A DNA stretch of 64,000 bases, taken from assembly GCA_963704655.1 (NCBI GenBank), contig OY969927.1, positions 416,001 through 480,000 on the forward strand, in the 5' to 3' direction. Every line of letters starts with the position of its first letter. The first letter of the stretch is position 1. The notes beneath the pieces were generated by a model that saw nothing but the letters and a program-made list of their open reading frames with translations, did no database searches and was not told the origin of the DNA. Shown piece after piece: positions 18,734 through 28,852 of the stretch. The position numbers and the translations under genes are program-made. Source of the DNA: an uncultured Candidatus Babeliaceae bacterium (GTDB taxonomy: Bacteria; Babelota; Babeliae; Babelales; Babelaceae).

Positions 18734-19519
18734 TTATTTCGTAATGAGCGGTTCAATTTTAGCCAACAGAGGCGCAACAATGGGCGAAAAAACTTCATCC
18801 AATCTTCTGATATTTTCCTCATCAAAAAATCTTTGATCGCGAATATAAACATATGAGTCAAAGACATATTTGACTGTAATTGCCAACATCAACTCGTTAT
18901 TCAAAGTAAATACAGGGAAAAGACCAGTCTCTGAACGTCGCACGAAAGAAGAAATGTGAACAAATTGACATAATTTACCATAGTTTTTTGAATGCACTTT
19001 ATTATCAGGCAGTTTTTCAAACAATTTTTCAATATTGCAATTTCCTCTCCAACTTTCCATTGTAAGCAGCTCATCCTTGTTCTTTTTATTGAAAATTTCA
19101 AGAAGGTCGTCATTTAACTCAGCATATTTTTTAAAGTATTTTTCTAAAATCTCACTATTTAGATCAAGAACTGAATCCTCATGCCGATGATATATTTTGT
19201 AAAACTCAATTTCTGGAAATCGAATAAATCTTTCTAAATAACGTTTTTTGTTATTCTTATCTGAACTTATAAGAACTACTGTAGCAAATAACTCACTCAA
19301 AGCTCGTGTATGATGATTAGATGCAAAAAATGCACCCTCTCTAAAATCTGCTAAATAGCCTAACGACTCCTCATATAGCCGAAAAATCACCTCTTTAGCA
19401 AAAATACCCTCAGGTGAATTTAAAAAAACTATTTCTTGCTTATGTAATAACACACCTAATGTATCGATGACATTCTCGAATGCTAAAAACAACTCATTTT
19501 CTTTTAGATTTTTTTTCAT
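18734..19519 (-). CDS. DUF5677 / HEPN-like hypothetical protein
   Basis: R-A-L-S-E early and YGKLCQFVH late, matching the recalled RxxxE...YxxxSxxxH pattern; AT-rich. Confidence 0.55.
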   Translation of the reverse strand: MKKNLKENELFLAFENVIDTLGVLLHKQEIVFLNSPEGIFAKEVIFRLYEESLGYLADFREGAFFASNHHTRALSELFATVVLISSDKNNKKRYLERFIRFPEIEFYKIYHRHEDSVLDLNSEILEKYFKKYAELNDDLLEIFNKKNKDELLTMESWRGNCNIEKLFEKLPDNKVHSKNYGKLCQFVHISSFVRRSETGLFPVFTLNNELMLAITVKYVFDSYVYIRDQRFFDEENIRRLDEVFSPIVAPLLAKIEPLITK

Positions 19520-19587
19520 ATCTTTTTAATTTCCTATATCAAATTTGGATCATTTAATTGAATATTATAACTCAAAAAAATAGTATA

Positions 19588-19772
19588 TAAAAAAAGAGGA
19601 CACAAAATTAATTGTATCCTCTTTATATTTTTTTTGACTTCTGAACATATTCGCACCCTCGCCATAGCCTTGGCGACGGCTGGGAGCTGCCGATTTGAAT
19701 ATTAATTTATAATTTTAAGTATTTCGTTAAAGAAGATGGCCAGCCATACTACGCTAAAGCTTCGTATGGCTG
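19588..19772. repeat. Left direct-repeat copy of the tRNA-Gln downstream region
   Basis: The hairpin at 19588-19624 resembles 23697-23733; 19660-19772 aligns with 23867-23979 over 113 bp. Confidence 0.9.
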
Positions 19773-20001
19773 AGCAGACTAGTTACACTTCGAACTTTTA
19801 ACTGGAAAAGTTTGCAACCTAGCCTAAAATTATTTAATCACGACAATTTGCTTTTGAAGGAAAGACAATTTTAATTAATTCTGTGGATAACAATACTCGG
19901 ATGCAATAAAGTTTATCATTGGCTCGCGACAGAGTGTTGCTTCGCAAAAAAATCTGCTCTTTTCATATAAGTCGCTCTTATACCTGTTGTATTTATCTAC
20001 T

Positions 20002-20226
20002 TTAAACATCTATTAACATACCTAATATTTTTTTGATCTTATAAAAAATAGCAATTATAGAACTTAAAACAATTAGCCCAAAAGTAATTAGAATTCTTTC
20101 GCTTAAGGCCCCAAGTTTTCTCTGTCTTCCAGATCTCGTTAATGGGATTCCTATGGTCCGAGAAATTTTCGCTAAGGCTGCAGAAATACCAAAAAATCGT
20201 CTCCATGAAAATCCGCCCTTATTCAT
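20002..20226 (-). CDS. Small basic membrane-anchored hypothetical protein
   Basis: MNKGGFSWRRFFGISAALAKISRTIGIPLTRSGRQRKLG plus a C-terminal TM; AAGGA RBS before ATG 20226. Confidence 0.7.
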   Translation of the reverse strand: MNKGGFSWRRFFGISAALAKISRTIGIPLTRSGRQRKLGALSERILITFGLIVLSSIIAIFYKIKKILGMLIDV

Positions 20227-20249
20227 CTCAGCTTCCTTTGAACCATAAG

Positions 20250-20759
20250 TTAAATTATTAAATACCAGTACAATGACAAAAGGCTTATAATTATCAACGG
20301 ACCTAAAAAGGATGGTATAAAGCAAAGTATTCTGGTGATCATTAAGGTCGATCTGCTAGCTCCTAGATGTGTTAAAGAATCAAGCAAAGAATTCACATCC
20401 GTATCGCTTGGCGAAGCATGCCACCCAAAAGAAATCCCTACCCACATAAGAAATCCCAGCAGCAAAGATGGTCCTGCTGACAAAACAAAAAAATATAAAA
20501 TGCCAGGTAAGATCAACATGATGCACAATGCGGTATTTATGATTAATGGGCCTAGACTAATCAAAAAAGCACTATGAATATTTTTTGATGGCTCGTGAAG
20601 CACGTAACCAACGGTATTGGTACCATCCAATTTAAAATAACAGGCTTTATAGACTGAATGTTTTGTCACGTCACAAAAAAATCGATGTGCAAATTCGTGA
20701 AGAACTACCCCAGGAAACGTCAGTAAGGCTACTAGCTCTTTAGGAATATATATGAACAT
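20250..20759 (-). CDS. Membrane zincin-like metalloprotease (DUF3267-like)
   Basis: FPGVVLHEFAH (HExxH), GYVLH, GP, PSDTD; several TM segments. Confidence 0.75.
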   Translation of the reverse strand: MFIYIPKELVALLTFPGVVLHEFAHRFFCDVTKHSVYKACYFKLDGTNTVGYVLHEPSKNIHSAFLISLGPLIINTALCIMLILPGILYFFVLSAGPSLLLGFLMWVGISFGWHASPSDTDVNSLLDSLTHLGASRSTLMITRILCFIPSFLGPLIIISLLSLYWYLII

Positions 20760-20760
20760 T

Positions 20761-21246
20761 TTATGACCCCTTGTCCGTAAAATAATCTTGCAATTCTTGC
20801 GGCATCGTCTTTTTTATATTTTTCCACTCTTCATCACTTAACCCATCAGCTACGCTCATTAGATGACTTAGACCTTTTTGATAATCGCCAAAATTTTCAT
20901 CCATAAATTCAGCTTTTACTGAACCAATGTGCGCAGTTCGAGAGTTTGGGAATTCTTTTAAAACTGCCGCGTAATTTCGCTTAGTCGATAAATAATCGCC
21001 ATTTTTAAAAGAAATTTGAGCAGCGCGAACAAGGCTTGCCCCTCTCAATAATTGTGGTAATAGTGATGTCGAATATAAAAATAACGCAATAGTAAAAAGA
21101 GCTATTAAATTTACCCACACAGGATAACTATGAGGCGATAGTGTTTCTGTATCTACTTCGGGCTCTTGTACTTCACCAATGTCGACTAAATTTTGATTAT
21201 CGTAATTCATATATATCATCCTGTATATTATTGCATCTCGGTCCAA
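20761..21246 (-). CDS. Membrane-anchored TPR-like hypothetical protein
   Basis: One TM segment, then AQISFKNGDY...VLKEFPNS TPR-like helix pair. Confidence 0.6.
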   Translation of the reverse strand: MDRDAIIYRMIYMNYDNQNLVDIGEVQEPEVDTETLSPHSYPVWVNLIALFTIALFLYSTSLLPQLLRGASLVRAAQISFKNGDYLSTKRNYAAVLKEFPNSRTAHIGSVKAEFMDENFGDYQKGLSHLMSVADGLSDEEWKNIKKTMPQELQDYFTDKGS

Positions 21247-22025
21247 AAGGAATCATCTGATAACATTTTTTCATCGATTAAGTTTTTGGAAATCATGTCA
21301 TGAACAAATTCTTTTTTATCTAACGCTTGTAACATCTCTTCTTTGTTTTTATCTGCTTTTGAAAGCTTTTCCATGGATATGTTTTCAATTTTTTCCCATA
21401 CCTTCTTTCCATAGAGGTAAATCATGCGTTCTTTTGTTTGAAGAACACAATTGGATAAATTGTTCTTTTCTGCCCAACAAAGATAATAAACAGCACTTAA
21501 ACACTCAGTGGCCATGCAGGATTCTATCCACTCAGCATAGATTAGATGCATTAAATAATACCCTGAGGAATAGCCTAATGAAGCGGATACGTCTGCAAAC
21601 CAAAGAATCAACCCTGCTGCTTCCTCTGAGTCCTCAGAATCTGCTTCACAGTTTTCATCATCCCTTAATTTTGCAAGTATTACCTGATTGCGTCCATTAA
21701 CTCTATTTTTAAAACTCATCGCACCTGATAAATAGGCGGCACAACGGTTTCCCGAAAGAGCCATTTGTATAATAATATCTGCGTCACCAATACCGTACAA
21801 CTGCGATAATTCACAAACCTCTTCTTCAATTATGGGCGTTAAGACCCCTGAATTTTTACCAGCATAAAGAGGTTTGCGCTCTATAAAAATGCTGCTGCTA
21901 GGCGCTTTAAAGAGCATTGCCAAGAATAGACTTATACCGCACATATAAATTGCGTAGATTAATTTATGCCATTTTATCTGCAAAAACGTTGTTTTTATCA
22001 AGTTCATCATGAGTAGCACCATCAA
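21228..22025 (-). CDS. Hypothetical protein, degenerate Sel1-like repeats
   Basis: ALSGNRCAAYLSG and WFADVSASLGYSSGYYL. Confidence 0.55.
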   Translation of the reverse strand: MMVLLMMNLIKTTFLQIKWHKLIYAIYMCGISLFLAMLFKAPSSSIFIERKPLYAGKNSGVLTPIIEEEVCELSQLYGIGDADIIIQMALSGNRCAAYLSGAMSFKNRVNGRNQVILAKLRDDENCEADSEDSEEAAGLILWFADVSASLGYSSGYYLMHLIYAEWIESCMATECLSAVYYLCWAEKNNLSNCVLQTKERMIYLYGKKVWEKIENISMEKLSKADKNKEEMLQALDKKEFVHDMISKNLIDEKMLSDDSFWTEMQ

Positions 22026-22039
22026 TTTGATTATTTTGA

Positions 22040-22234
22040 TTAATATTTATGCTTGCCTTCTAACTTCTCTTCTAGATAATTTAGATCAGCTCGCATTTCG
22101 TCAATCTGTTCTTCTTCCCACGATGAATAAACTTCAGAATGGTACGGCTTCGAAGATTTTTTTGTAGCTGCGAGCAATAAAATTCCCGCAAGTATTAGAT
22201 AAAAAACTTTGTTATTTTCCATCACGAATTCCAT
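22040..22234 (-). CDS. Small membrane hypothetical protein
   Basis: 64 aa with one hydrophobic segment, co-oriented with neighbours. Confidence 0.5.
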   Translation of the reverse strand: MEFVMENNKVFYLILAGILLLAATKKSSKPYHSEVYSSWEEEQIDEMRADLNYLEEKLEGKHKY

Positions 22235-22446
22235 TTATTTTAATTATATTTATCATTAGCTATAACTAAGAGTTTTTTATAATATTCCCAAACCGCCTTT
22301 AAGTAACTTTTATTAAGCCTGCCTCTTGCCAGCAATAGGATCGGACCCAACAATAAAAACCATAAAACATAAAGACTTATTTAACAATACTTAATATTTC
22401 AGATTAGATTATTGCAAAAAATGTCAATTTGAACAATTTGAAGCCC

Positions 22447-22689
22447 TTATTTACTTTTCGCATAAGGATTAACAAACTTATAGCCATTGCTTGGCTTGAA
22501 ATAACCAGAGGCGCGCTTAGTTTTTATCTTCCCATTGACCGTACTTTTTTGACCATAGCCTGCATAAGGTGCTTTTTTTACGTAAGTCTTTGTGGAACCG
22601 AACCTGCGCGTTCTTGCGCCATAAACTTCATTAAAATTTACTAAAAATAACAATGCTGATAAAAAGATAAATATATTTTTTCTATACAT
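22447..22689 (-). CDS. Small secreted basic protein
   Basis: Signal peptide; K/R/Y/G-rich mature part (SGYFKPSNGYKFVNPY); AGGA RBS. Confidence 0.7.
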   Translation of the reverse strand: MYRKNIFIFLSALLFLVNFNEVYGARTRRFGSTKTYVKKAPYAGYGQKSTVNGKIKTKRASGYFKPSNGYKFVNPYAKSK

Positions 22690-22713
22690 TAGTTTAATCC
22701 TAAACTACTTTAC

Positions 22714-23460
22714 TTAGGTATACATATATAGGTTTACAATCGGCCATTCGTGCGGATACATGCAAATCTTATCGAAGTCATCAACCTTGGAATATTCATC
22801 CCAATATTTCTCGATTTCTTTTTTAAATTTTTCTTCGATATTCGCTTTAAAGCCTTCTTTCTCTTTTTCAGTCACAAATGATTTAAACTTAATAACAATT
22901 TCACGAACTACATAACCAAATGTACTAACTTCTTTACGAATGCTAGCCAAAAGCTGTTGCAGCAAAAAGCTGTCATACGTTTTTCTATTGAGCCAGAGAT
23001 CCTCGGCCTTAGCAGATTCGTTACAATAATCAGATAATAATTGGGATAAATAAATTAATTTTTCAATGCCAATATCGGGATTTTTTGACTTGATATCTGC
23101 AAATTGCTCATGTATATCCTTGAATTGCAAATGTAAATCGCACATTTTTCTAATGCGAAAATAAGCAACATCCTTTTGTTCCTTCCATGTGCCATTTGGT
23201 ATAAGAATACTTTTATGAATGGCATTAAGGCGTCTGCCTATTTCATCTTGCGCTTCATAATAATCCTTAATAACCTCTACAAAAAACATTGTATTTGCTA
23301 ATACAGCCTTTGCATCTTCTTTATCAACTTTCTTGTGGAATGCGTATTTTATAAGTTGATTATCCTGAATGCGTTCCTTAAAAACAAAAATAGTTACTAC
23401 AAGCAAAATGCTCACTAATCCAAATAATAAATAACGTTTTATATTAATCTTCTCTTTCAT
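22714..23460 (-). CDS. Hypothetical membrane-anchored protein
   Basis: 248 aa, N-terminal TM segment, helical composition. Confidence 0.7.
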   Translation of the reverse strand: MKEKINIKRYLLFGLVSILLVVTIFVFKERIQDNQLIKYAFHKKVDKEDAKAVLANTMFFVEVIKDYYEAQDEIGRRLNAIHKSILIPNGTWKEQKDVAYFRIRKMCDLHLQFKDIHEQFADIKSKNPDIGIEKLIYLSQLLSDYCNESAKAEDLWLNRKTYDSFLLQQLLASIRKEVSTFGYVVREIVIKFKSFVTEKEKEGFKANIEEKFKKEIEKYWDEYSKVDDFDKICMYPHEWPIVNLYMYT

Positions 23461-23696
23461 ATCTTACATACCCTTATTAGTTTTAAATGCCTATATGTTT
23501 AATATTTACAAATATAGATATATATGTCAAATGGCGCGCCATATAGTGCATTAAAAGCGCTTATTTGTTATTTTCTATTTGAGACAAAATGATGGATTTA
23601 CGAGCAAATTCAACCATTAAATATAGCCAATACGCACTCTAGCAAGCGCTATTCAAAGCCTAATATCATAAAAAGGGATAAAGAGAATGTTTTTCT

Positions 23697-23979
23697 AAAA
23701 AAAATAGGATACAAACTTAATTGTATCCTATTTATAAACTTTAATACTGAATAAATAGCCTGCCACTTCGTGCTTCGAAGAACACTCAGGGTGAGCGGGA
23801 TGGTAATGAATGGCCGCATGGATGGAGCAAAACGCACTGATTTGACTTCGCTCACTACAGCCTGCCCGCCATAGCCTTGGCGACGGCTGGGAGCTGCCGA
23901 TTTGAATATTAATTTATAATTTTAGGTATTTCGTTAAAGAAGATGGCCTGCCATACGAAGCTTTAGCGTAGTATGGCTG
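23697..23979. repeat. Right direct-repeat copy with extra REP-like modules
   Basis: Matches 19588-19772 but has additional palindromes at about 23766-23798 and 23841-23866. Confidence 0.85.
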
Positions 23980-24048
23980 GGGCGGAAGGATTCGAACCTC
24001 CGGATGCCAGGACCAAAACCTGGTGCCTTACCGCTTGGCGACGCCCCA
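23974..24048 (-). tRNA. tRNA-Gln (TTG)
   Basis: TGGGGCG acceptor stem, D arm GCCAAGCGGTAAGGC, anticodon arm CCAGG-TTTTGGT-CCTGG, GGTTCGAATCC T arm, encoded GCCA end; 75 nt. Confidence 0.97.
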
Positions 24049-24198
24049 ACAAAATTTAGATGACTCTTGATTTTCGCTAACCCTTTATACCCGGCCTGCA
24101 TGGATTCGACTTCGCTCACCACGAGCGGCCTGGGAAAGTATTATTGAGCACTAGATTATCAAGATAACAGTGATCTGATTTCAATTGAATTTTTTGAA

Positions 24199-24489
24199 CT
24201 ATTCCTGGCCTTCTGCGTCTTGCGCGAAACCAAACTGAACAGCTTTATTATACTCTAAAATAACTGAATCTTCAATCATTTTTCGCATTTCTGAATTCAA
24301 AGGATGAACTATGTCTCTAAAAGTACCGTCTTTACGTCTTCTAGAGGGCATTGAAACAAATAAACCTTTGTTTCCTTCAATCACTTTGAGATCTCTCACG
24401 ATAAAACAATTTTCAAAGACAATTGTTGCATATGCTTTAAGTCTGCCACTCTCTTGAGCAGGATAGACTTTTACTTCTGTAATCTTCAT
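24199..24489 (-). CDS. spoVG: SpoVG family protein
   Basis: MKITEVKV...LKAYATIVF...DLKVIEGNKGLFVSMPSR...FRDIVHP. Confidence 0.95.
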   Translation of the reverse strand: MKITEVKVYPAQESGRLKAYATIVFENCFIVRDLKVIEGNKGLFVSMPSRRRKDGTFRDIVHPLNSEMRKMIEDSVILEYNKAVQFGFAQDAEGQE

Positions 24490-24580
24490 TACCAGTGGCC
24501 TTTTTTTGCGTAATTACTCTTATTGTGTGTAACAACTGACAATAGTTTACGATACTCGTAATCTTTGTCAACACCTTTTA

Positions 24581-25453
24581 TCAAATCTTCTGAGCTGCTC
24601 GCAGTTTAGCGCTGCGTGATGACGGATTTTGTGCTATTTCTGCGTCTGTTGGAACAATAACTTTAGGTGTCACTATCTCTAAAACACCAGTTTGCTCTTT
24701 AAATGCCTGTTTAACCAATCTATCTTCCAAAGAATGGAAGCTGATACAGACAATACGTCCACCAGGTTTTAATACAACAGGAGCTTGCTTTAACAGCCCT
24801 TCAATATGCTCTAATTCATGATTTACCACAATACGAAGCGCCTGAAAAACACGCGTTGCTGGATGCACCGCGGATTTGCTTCTGACAACCTTTTTAACAA
24901 TGTCTGCTAATTGAATCGTTGTAGTAATTTTTTGCTGAGAACGAGCCTCTACAATGGCGCGCGCAATCTGCTTACCAAAACGTTCTTCGCCATAGCGCCA
25001 AAAGATAGTTGCCAATTCAAGCTCACTTGCATTATTAACAATATCTGCTGCAGTAAGCATGCCATGGGCGGCTGACATGCGCATATCAAGGCGTTTGTCT
25101 CGAGCAAAACTAAAGCCTGCCTTATGCAAAATCTGATGACCAGAAGTGCCAAAGTCGGCCAAAATGCCATCAACTTCAGTTACCCCGATCTTTTTTAATG
25201 CTAAACGAAGCGTAACGAAGTTCGCCCAAATGAAGCGAATTCTATCGGGAAATTCTTGCTCAAGCGCATCACGATTATGCTCAAAGGCCTCAGGGTCAAC
25301 ATCCAAGGCGATTACTTTAACGGTTGGGTCAGCTTGCAATATCGCTCGACTATGACCGCCACCACCAAAGGTGCAGTCGACATAAAGGCCATGTGGCTTA
25401 AGGGCTAAATAATGTATAACCTCTTGGGTCATTACTGAAATATGATAGGTCAT
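24581..25453 (-). CDS. rsmH: 16S rRNA m4C1402 methyltransferase
   Basis: HISVM, DCTFGGGGHS, LDMRM, HPATRVFQALRIVVN, SFHSLEDR, SRSAKLR. Confidence 0.96.
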   Translation of the reverse strand: MTYHISVMTQEVIHYLALKPHGLYVDCTFGGGGHSRAILQADPTVKVIALDVDPEAFEHNRDALEQEFPDRIRFIWANFVTLRLALKKIGVTEVDGILADFGTSGHQILHKAGFSFARDKRLDMRMSAAHGMLTAADIVNNASELELATIFWRYGEERFGKQIARAIVEARSQQKITTTIQLADIVKKVVRSKSAVHPATRVFQALRIVVNHELEHIEGLLKQAPVVLKPGGRIVCISFHSLEDRLVKQAFKEQTGVLEIVTPKVIVPTDAEIAQNPSSRSAKLRAAQKI

Positions 25454-26829
25454 TACGAATTCTTTTGTAAAACGTCTACTAAATTATTGAGGGCAATACC
25501 GCGAGAAGCCTTTACCAGAATGGCCGTATCCGGTTCCATTGCTAATGCTGTAAGCGGGGCAACTGCCTCTTTCCATGTAGGTACTAGTATACACGATAAT
25601 CCTAAAGGTGCAGTTTTTTGTATATTACTCACCTGGTTACCGACCAAAATAAGATGCGTTAACGAAGGAACTTTTTTCAAAAAGCGGCCGATTTGGCGGT
25701 GCCAAAAGCTGCTCACATCACCAAGCTCTAACATATCACCAAGAACGGCGATCTTATGTTTAGCTCTGGTTTTTTCAAAGGCTAATAATGCAGCCTTCAT
25801 GCTCTCTGGACTTGCGTTATAGGCATCATGAATGATAACGCCCCTATTACCCGGTAATAGTTTTTTTTCATAACGGCCAGCAACAACTAATGGCTTTTGA
25901 ACCGTATCAACAATAACCTGGTGAGGAATGCCTACTATATGAGCCGCTGCTGTTGCTGCAAGCATACAGTTTAAAAAGCCCATATTGGTTGTGGGAACCG
26001 TAAGATTATACTTTTGGTTATATATTTTAATGGTACACGTAATATGGTCATGATATACCACCACTTTACGAAGTTGTACCTGATGTGACATCTTTTTACC
26101 AAACTTAATAATCGGGTGGTTATAAGCAACATGCGTAAGCGCCGTTTGATCACCCTGAATAATGCCAATAGAGCTTTCGGTAAAATAAGAAAAAATTTCA
26201 CGCTTTTCAGCTGCGATATCGGCACATGAGCCAAGGCCAAGCATATGGCTATGGCCAATATAAGTGATTATCCCCAATGTCGGCCGCACGATATCTGCCA
26301 TGCGTGCCATTTCACCCTTTTTGCTAATGCCCATTTCAAAGATAGCAACATCGTCATCTTTGCGCAGGCGCCACAAATTTAATGTGATACCCAAAGCGGT
26401 ATTTTGGTTACCCTGAGAGATAAGAACATGCTTACCTGAAGCTTTTACAATCTCACCCAGGAGTTGCTTGGTTGATGTTTTCCCCACAGAGCCTGTTATG
26501 CCTACAACGGGTATGGTTATCTGTTTGCGCCATGCTTGCGCAACGGCAATAACTGCGTCTAAAACTTTTTTTACAATAATTAATGTAATTGCAGGATCGA
26601 TAACGACACCAGCGGGTATACGTTCAGCGATTATGCCTCGCGCTCCGCGTATTAACGCGTCTTGAATAAAATCATGGCCATCATGATGTTGGCCCTTAAG
26701 TGCTAGAAAAATATCGCCCGGCATAACTGCGCGTGAATCGACTACGAGATTAGGATGTTCTGGTAAATCGGGACCATACCATTGTGCATCTGGCACAACT
26801 GAAATAAAAAAACTTTTTTGTATATACAT
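25453..26829 (-). CDS. murF: UDP-MurNAc-tripeptide D-Ala-D-Ala ligase
   Basis: DGHDF, GITGSVGKTSTK, EMG, DAYNASPESM, LGDMLELG, VKASRG. Confidence 0.95.
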   Translation of the reverse strand: MYIQKSFFISVVPDAQWYGPDLPEHPNLVVDSRAVMPGDIFLALKGQHHDGHDFIQDALIRGARGIIAERIPAGVVIDPAITLIIVKKVLDAVIAVAQAWRKQITIPVVGITGSVGKTSTKQLLGEIVKASGKHVLISQGNQNTALGITLNLWRLRKDDDVAIFEMGISKKGEMARMADIVRPTLGIITYIGHSHMLGLGSCADIAAEKREIFSYFTESSIGIIQGDQTALTHVAYNHPIIKFGKKMSHQVQLRKVVVYHDHITCTIKIYNQKYNLTVPTTNMGFLNCMLAATAAAHIVGIPHQVIVDTVQKPLVVAGRYEKKLLPGNRGVIIHDAYNASPESMKAALLAFEKTRAKHKIAVLGDMLELGDVSSFWHRQIGRFLKKVPSLTHLILVGNQVSNIQKTAPLGLSCILVPTWKEAVAPLTALAMEPDTAILVKASRGIALNNLVDVLQKNS

Positions 26830-26873
26830 ACTTTTTTATGCCTTGATGTGATTATTTTTTAGTGTACTTATAA

Positions 26874-28790
26874 TTAATGTAAAACTTTTCGCATTTTTCC
26901 GCCATCAGATGGTAAAATAATACCACGAGATTCAAGCGTGTCTATCATGCGCGCAGAACGGTTATACCCAATTCTAAATTTTCTTTGCAAAAGTGATATT
27001 GAAATTTCATCACACTGACGAACATAGTCTACAATTTCTTCAAACATTTGCCTATCTGCTTCGTCAATATCGCCATCTTTTTCTTGTGCAACTTCAGTTA
27101 TTGTTTCATAGATCGGTTCACCATATTTTTTTATCTGCGCAACAACACTGGCAATTTCAGCGTCACTGATATACGCACCATGTATTCTATTAAGACCGCC
27201 CTGGTTATCTAAAAAGAGCATGTCCCCTTTGCCCAATAACTTATCTGCGCCCATGGTATCGATAATAGTACGCGAATCGATTTTAGAGGTAACTTTAAAA
27301 GCAATACGTGCAGGAAAGTTAACTTTAATAAGTCCGGTAATAACATCAACTGACGGCCGCTGTGTTGCTAATATAATATGTATGCCGGCAGCGCGTGCCA
27401 TTTGCGCAAGCCGCACAATAAGCTCTTCAACCTCTTTGCCCGTAGTGATCATCAAATCTGCAAATTCATCGATCACAATAACAATGGGCGGCATATCATG
27501 ATAAATGGCATGATATTCTTTTGCCTGGCGCACCCCAACTTTTGACATGCGTTCATACCGCTCGTTCATAGTTTTAATCGCCCAACGCAATACGGCAACG
27601 GCACGTTCCGGTTCTGTAACAATGGGAAACAGTAAATGTGGTAAATCGGCATACACGGCAAACTCTAATTTTTTTGGATCGATTAAAATCAGTTTAAGCT
27701 CTTCCGGTTTACTATGGCATATTAAACTTATTAACATCGTATTAAGCGCAACAGATTTTCCTGAACCGGTTGACCCTGCAACAAGTAAATGCGGCATATA
27801 CAAAAGATCCACAACCACAGTGGCACCGATAGTATTTTGCCCCAGCATAAGCGGCAGGTGCCCTTTAAACTTTTTTAAACTTGGTTCATACAGCGAACTA
27901 AAATAAACGGCAGTTCTTTCTGAATGGGCGACCTCAAAACCAACAACCGATTTGCCGGGAATCGGCGCAATAATACGCAAGCTTATTGCCTGCAACGCTA
28001 AAGCAAGATCATCTTCTCGCGCAATAATTTTACTAATTTTTGTCTCGATATGTGGCTGATATTCATATAATATTACAAGTGGCCCTACCGTAATTGAAGT
28101 GACCGTACCCTTAATATTAAAACGTAATAACTTCTCTTCAAGAATATGTGCTTTGCTTTGTGCATGCTGTGCGTTTTTATCATTTTGTTGCTGGTCAACT
28201 GTCGGTTTTGCAAGTTCTGGAAAAGGGTATGGAATTGCATCTTCTTCTAGTTCTACTTTTACCCGTTTTGGTTTTGTTTTTACAATAAGTTCTTCAATTT
28301 CATCTTCAGCATGTTCTTGTTCTAATTCAGGCTGGATCTCATGTGCTGCCTGATACATCTGCGGCTCGCCTAAAACAACTTCTTGCGATTTAAAGAGTTG
28401 CATAAGATAGTTCACCCAACTATACCCAACCAGTAACAAAACACCCACAGTTAACAAGATCCAACAAACGCACCATATAAGAACAGGCGGCAGTATATAC
28501 GCAAGTAATGCATATAAACCCTCACCCAGCAACCCGCCAGAATATAACGGGTTTATGTCATATGCGCCTGCGTGCATCAAGATACTATAACCAAGCGCGA
28601 TACAGACAAAGCCCCATGCAGGTGCAAAGAAATCATAGTGCAAGCTGATGCTTTTTCTTATAAAAACATGCGCAACAAAACATGCACACGCTGCTAACAA
28701 TAGCCAAAATGCGCCACCGAAAATTTGATAAAATATCTGCATCATACGATTTAACCCCATCTGTATATAGTTGTTATAGAGAGTAACCAA
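26874..28790 (-). CDS. ftsK: DNA translocase FtsK/SpoIIIE
   Basis: N-terminal TMs; PHLLVAGSTGSGKSV, LAQMARAAGIH, ATQRPSVDVITG; gamma domain LQRKFRIGYNRS. True start is probably a downstream ATG. Confidence 0.96.
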   Translation of the reverse strand: MVTLYNNYIQMGLNRMMQIFYQIFGGAFWLLLAACACFVAHVFIRKSISLHYDFFAPAWGFVCIALGYSILMHAGAYDINPLYSGGLLGEGLYALLAYILPPVLIWCVCWILLTVGVLLLVGYSWVNYLMQLFKSQEVVLGEPQMYQAAHEIQPELEQEHAEDEIEELIVKTKPKRVKVELEEDAIPYPFPELAKPTVDQQQNDKNAQHAQSKAHILEEKLLRFNIKGTVTSITVGPLVILYEYQPHIETKISKIIAREDDLALALQAISLRIIAPIPGKSVVGFEVAHSERTAVYFSSLYEPSLKKFKGHLPLMLGQNTIGATVVVDLLYMPHLLVAGSTGSGKSVALNTMLISLICHSKPEELKLILIDPKKLEFAVYADLPHLLFPIVTEPERAVAVLRWAIKTMNERYERMSKVGVRQAKEYHAIYHDMPPIVIVIDEFADLMITTGKEVEELIVRLAQMARAAGIHIILATQRPSVDVITGLIKVNFPARIAFKVTSKIDSRTIIDTMGADKLLGKGDMLFLDNQGGLNRIHGAYISDAEIASVVAQIKKYGEPIYETITEVAQEKDGDIDEADRQMFEEIVDYVRQCDEISISLLQRKFRIGYNRSARMIDTLESRGIILPSDGGKMRKVLH

Positions 28791-28852
28791 AACCGCTATA
28801 ATTTCTCAAGAATTTAGTCATACTAGGTACAAAACAGTACGCAAGGAATGAA

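Larger units (their letters stand above)
19773..23696 (-). mobile_element. Small genomic island at the tRNA-Gln 3' end (no integrase in view)
   Basis: Seven co-oriented orphan genes bounded by direct repeats that end in the tRNA 3' terminal bases. Confidence 0.6.

Noticed and set aside
19882-19890. Perfect DnaA box TGTGGATAA as a replication origin
   Set aside because: It is a single box with no visible cluster and no dnaA/dnaN context.
14027-23460. Integron cassette array (long run of co-oriented short genes)
   Set aside because: I saw no recurring attC-like RYYYAAC...GTTRRRY structures and no integrase; several genes have their own promoter-like spacers.
23934-24122. 62-aa ORF over the tRNA
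   Set aside because: It is a spurious translation of tRNA-Gln and flanking repeats.
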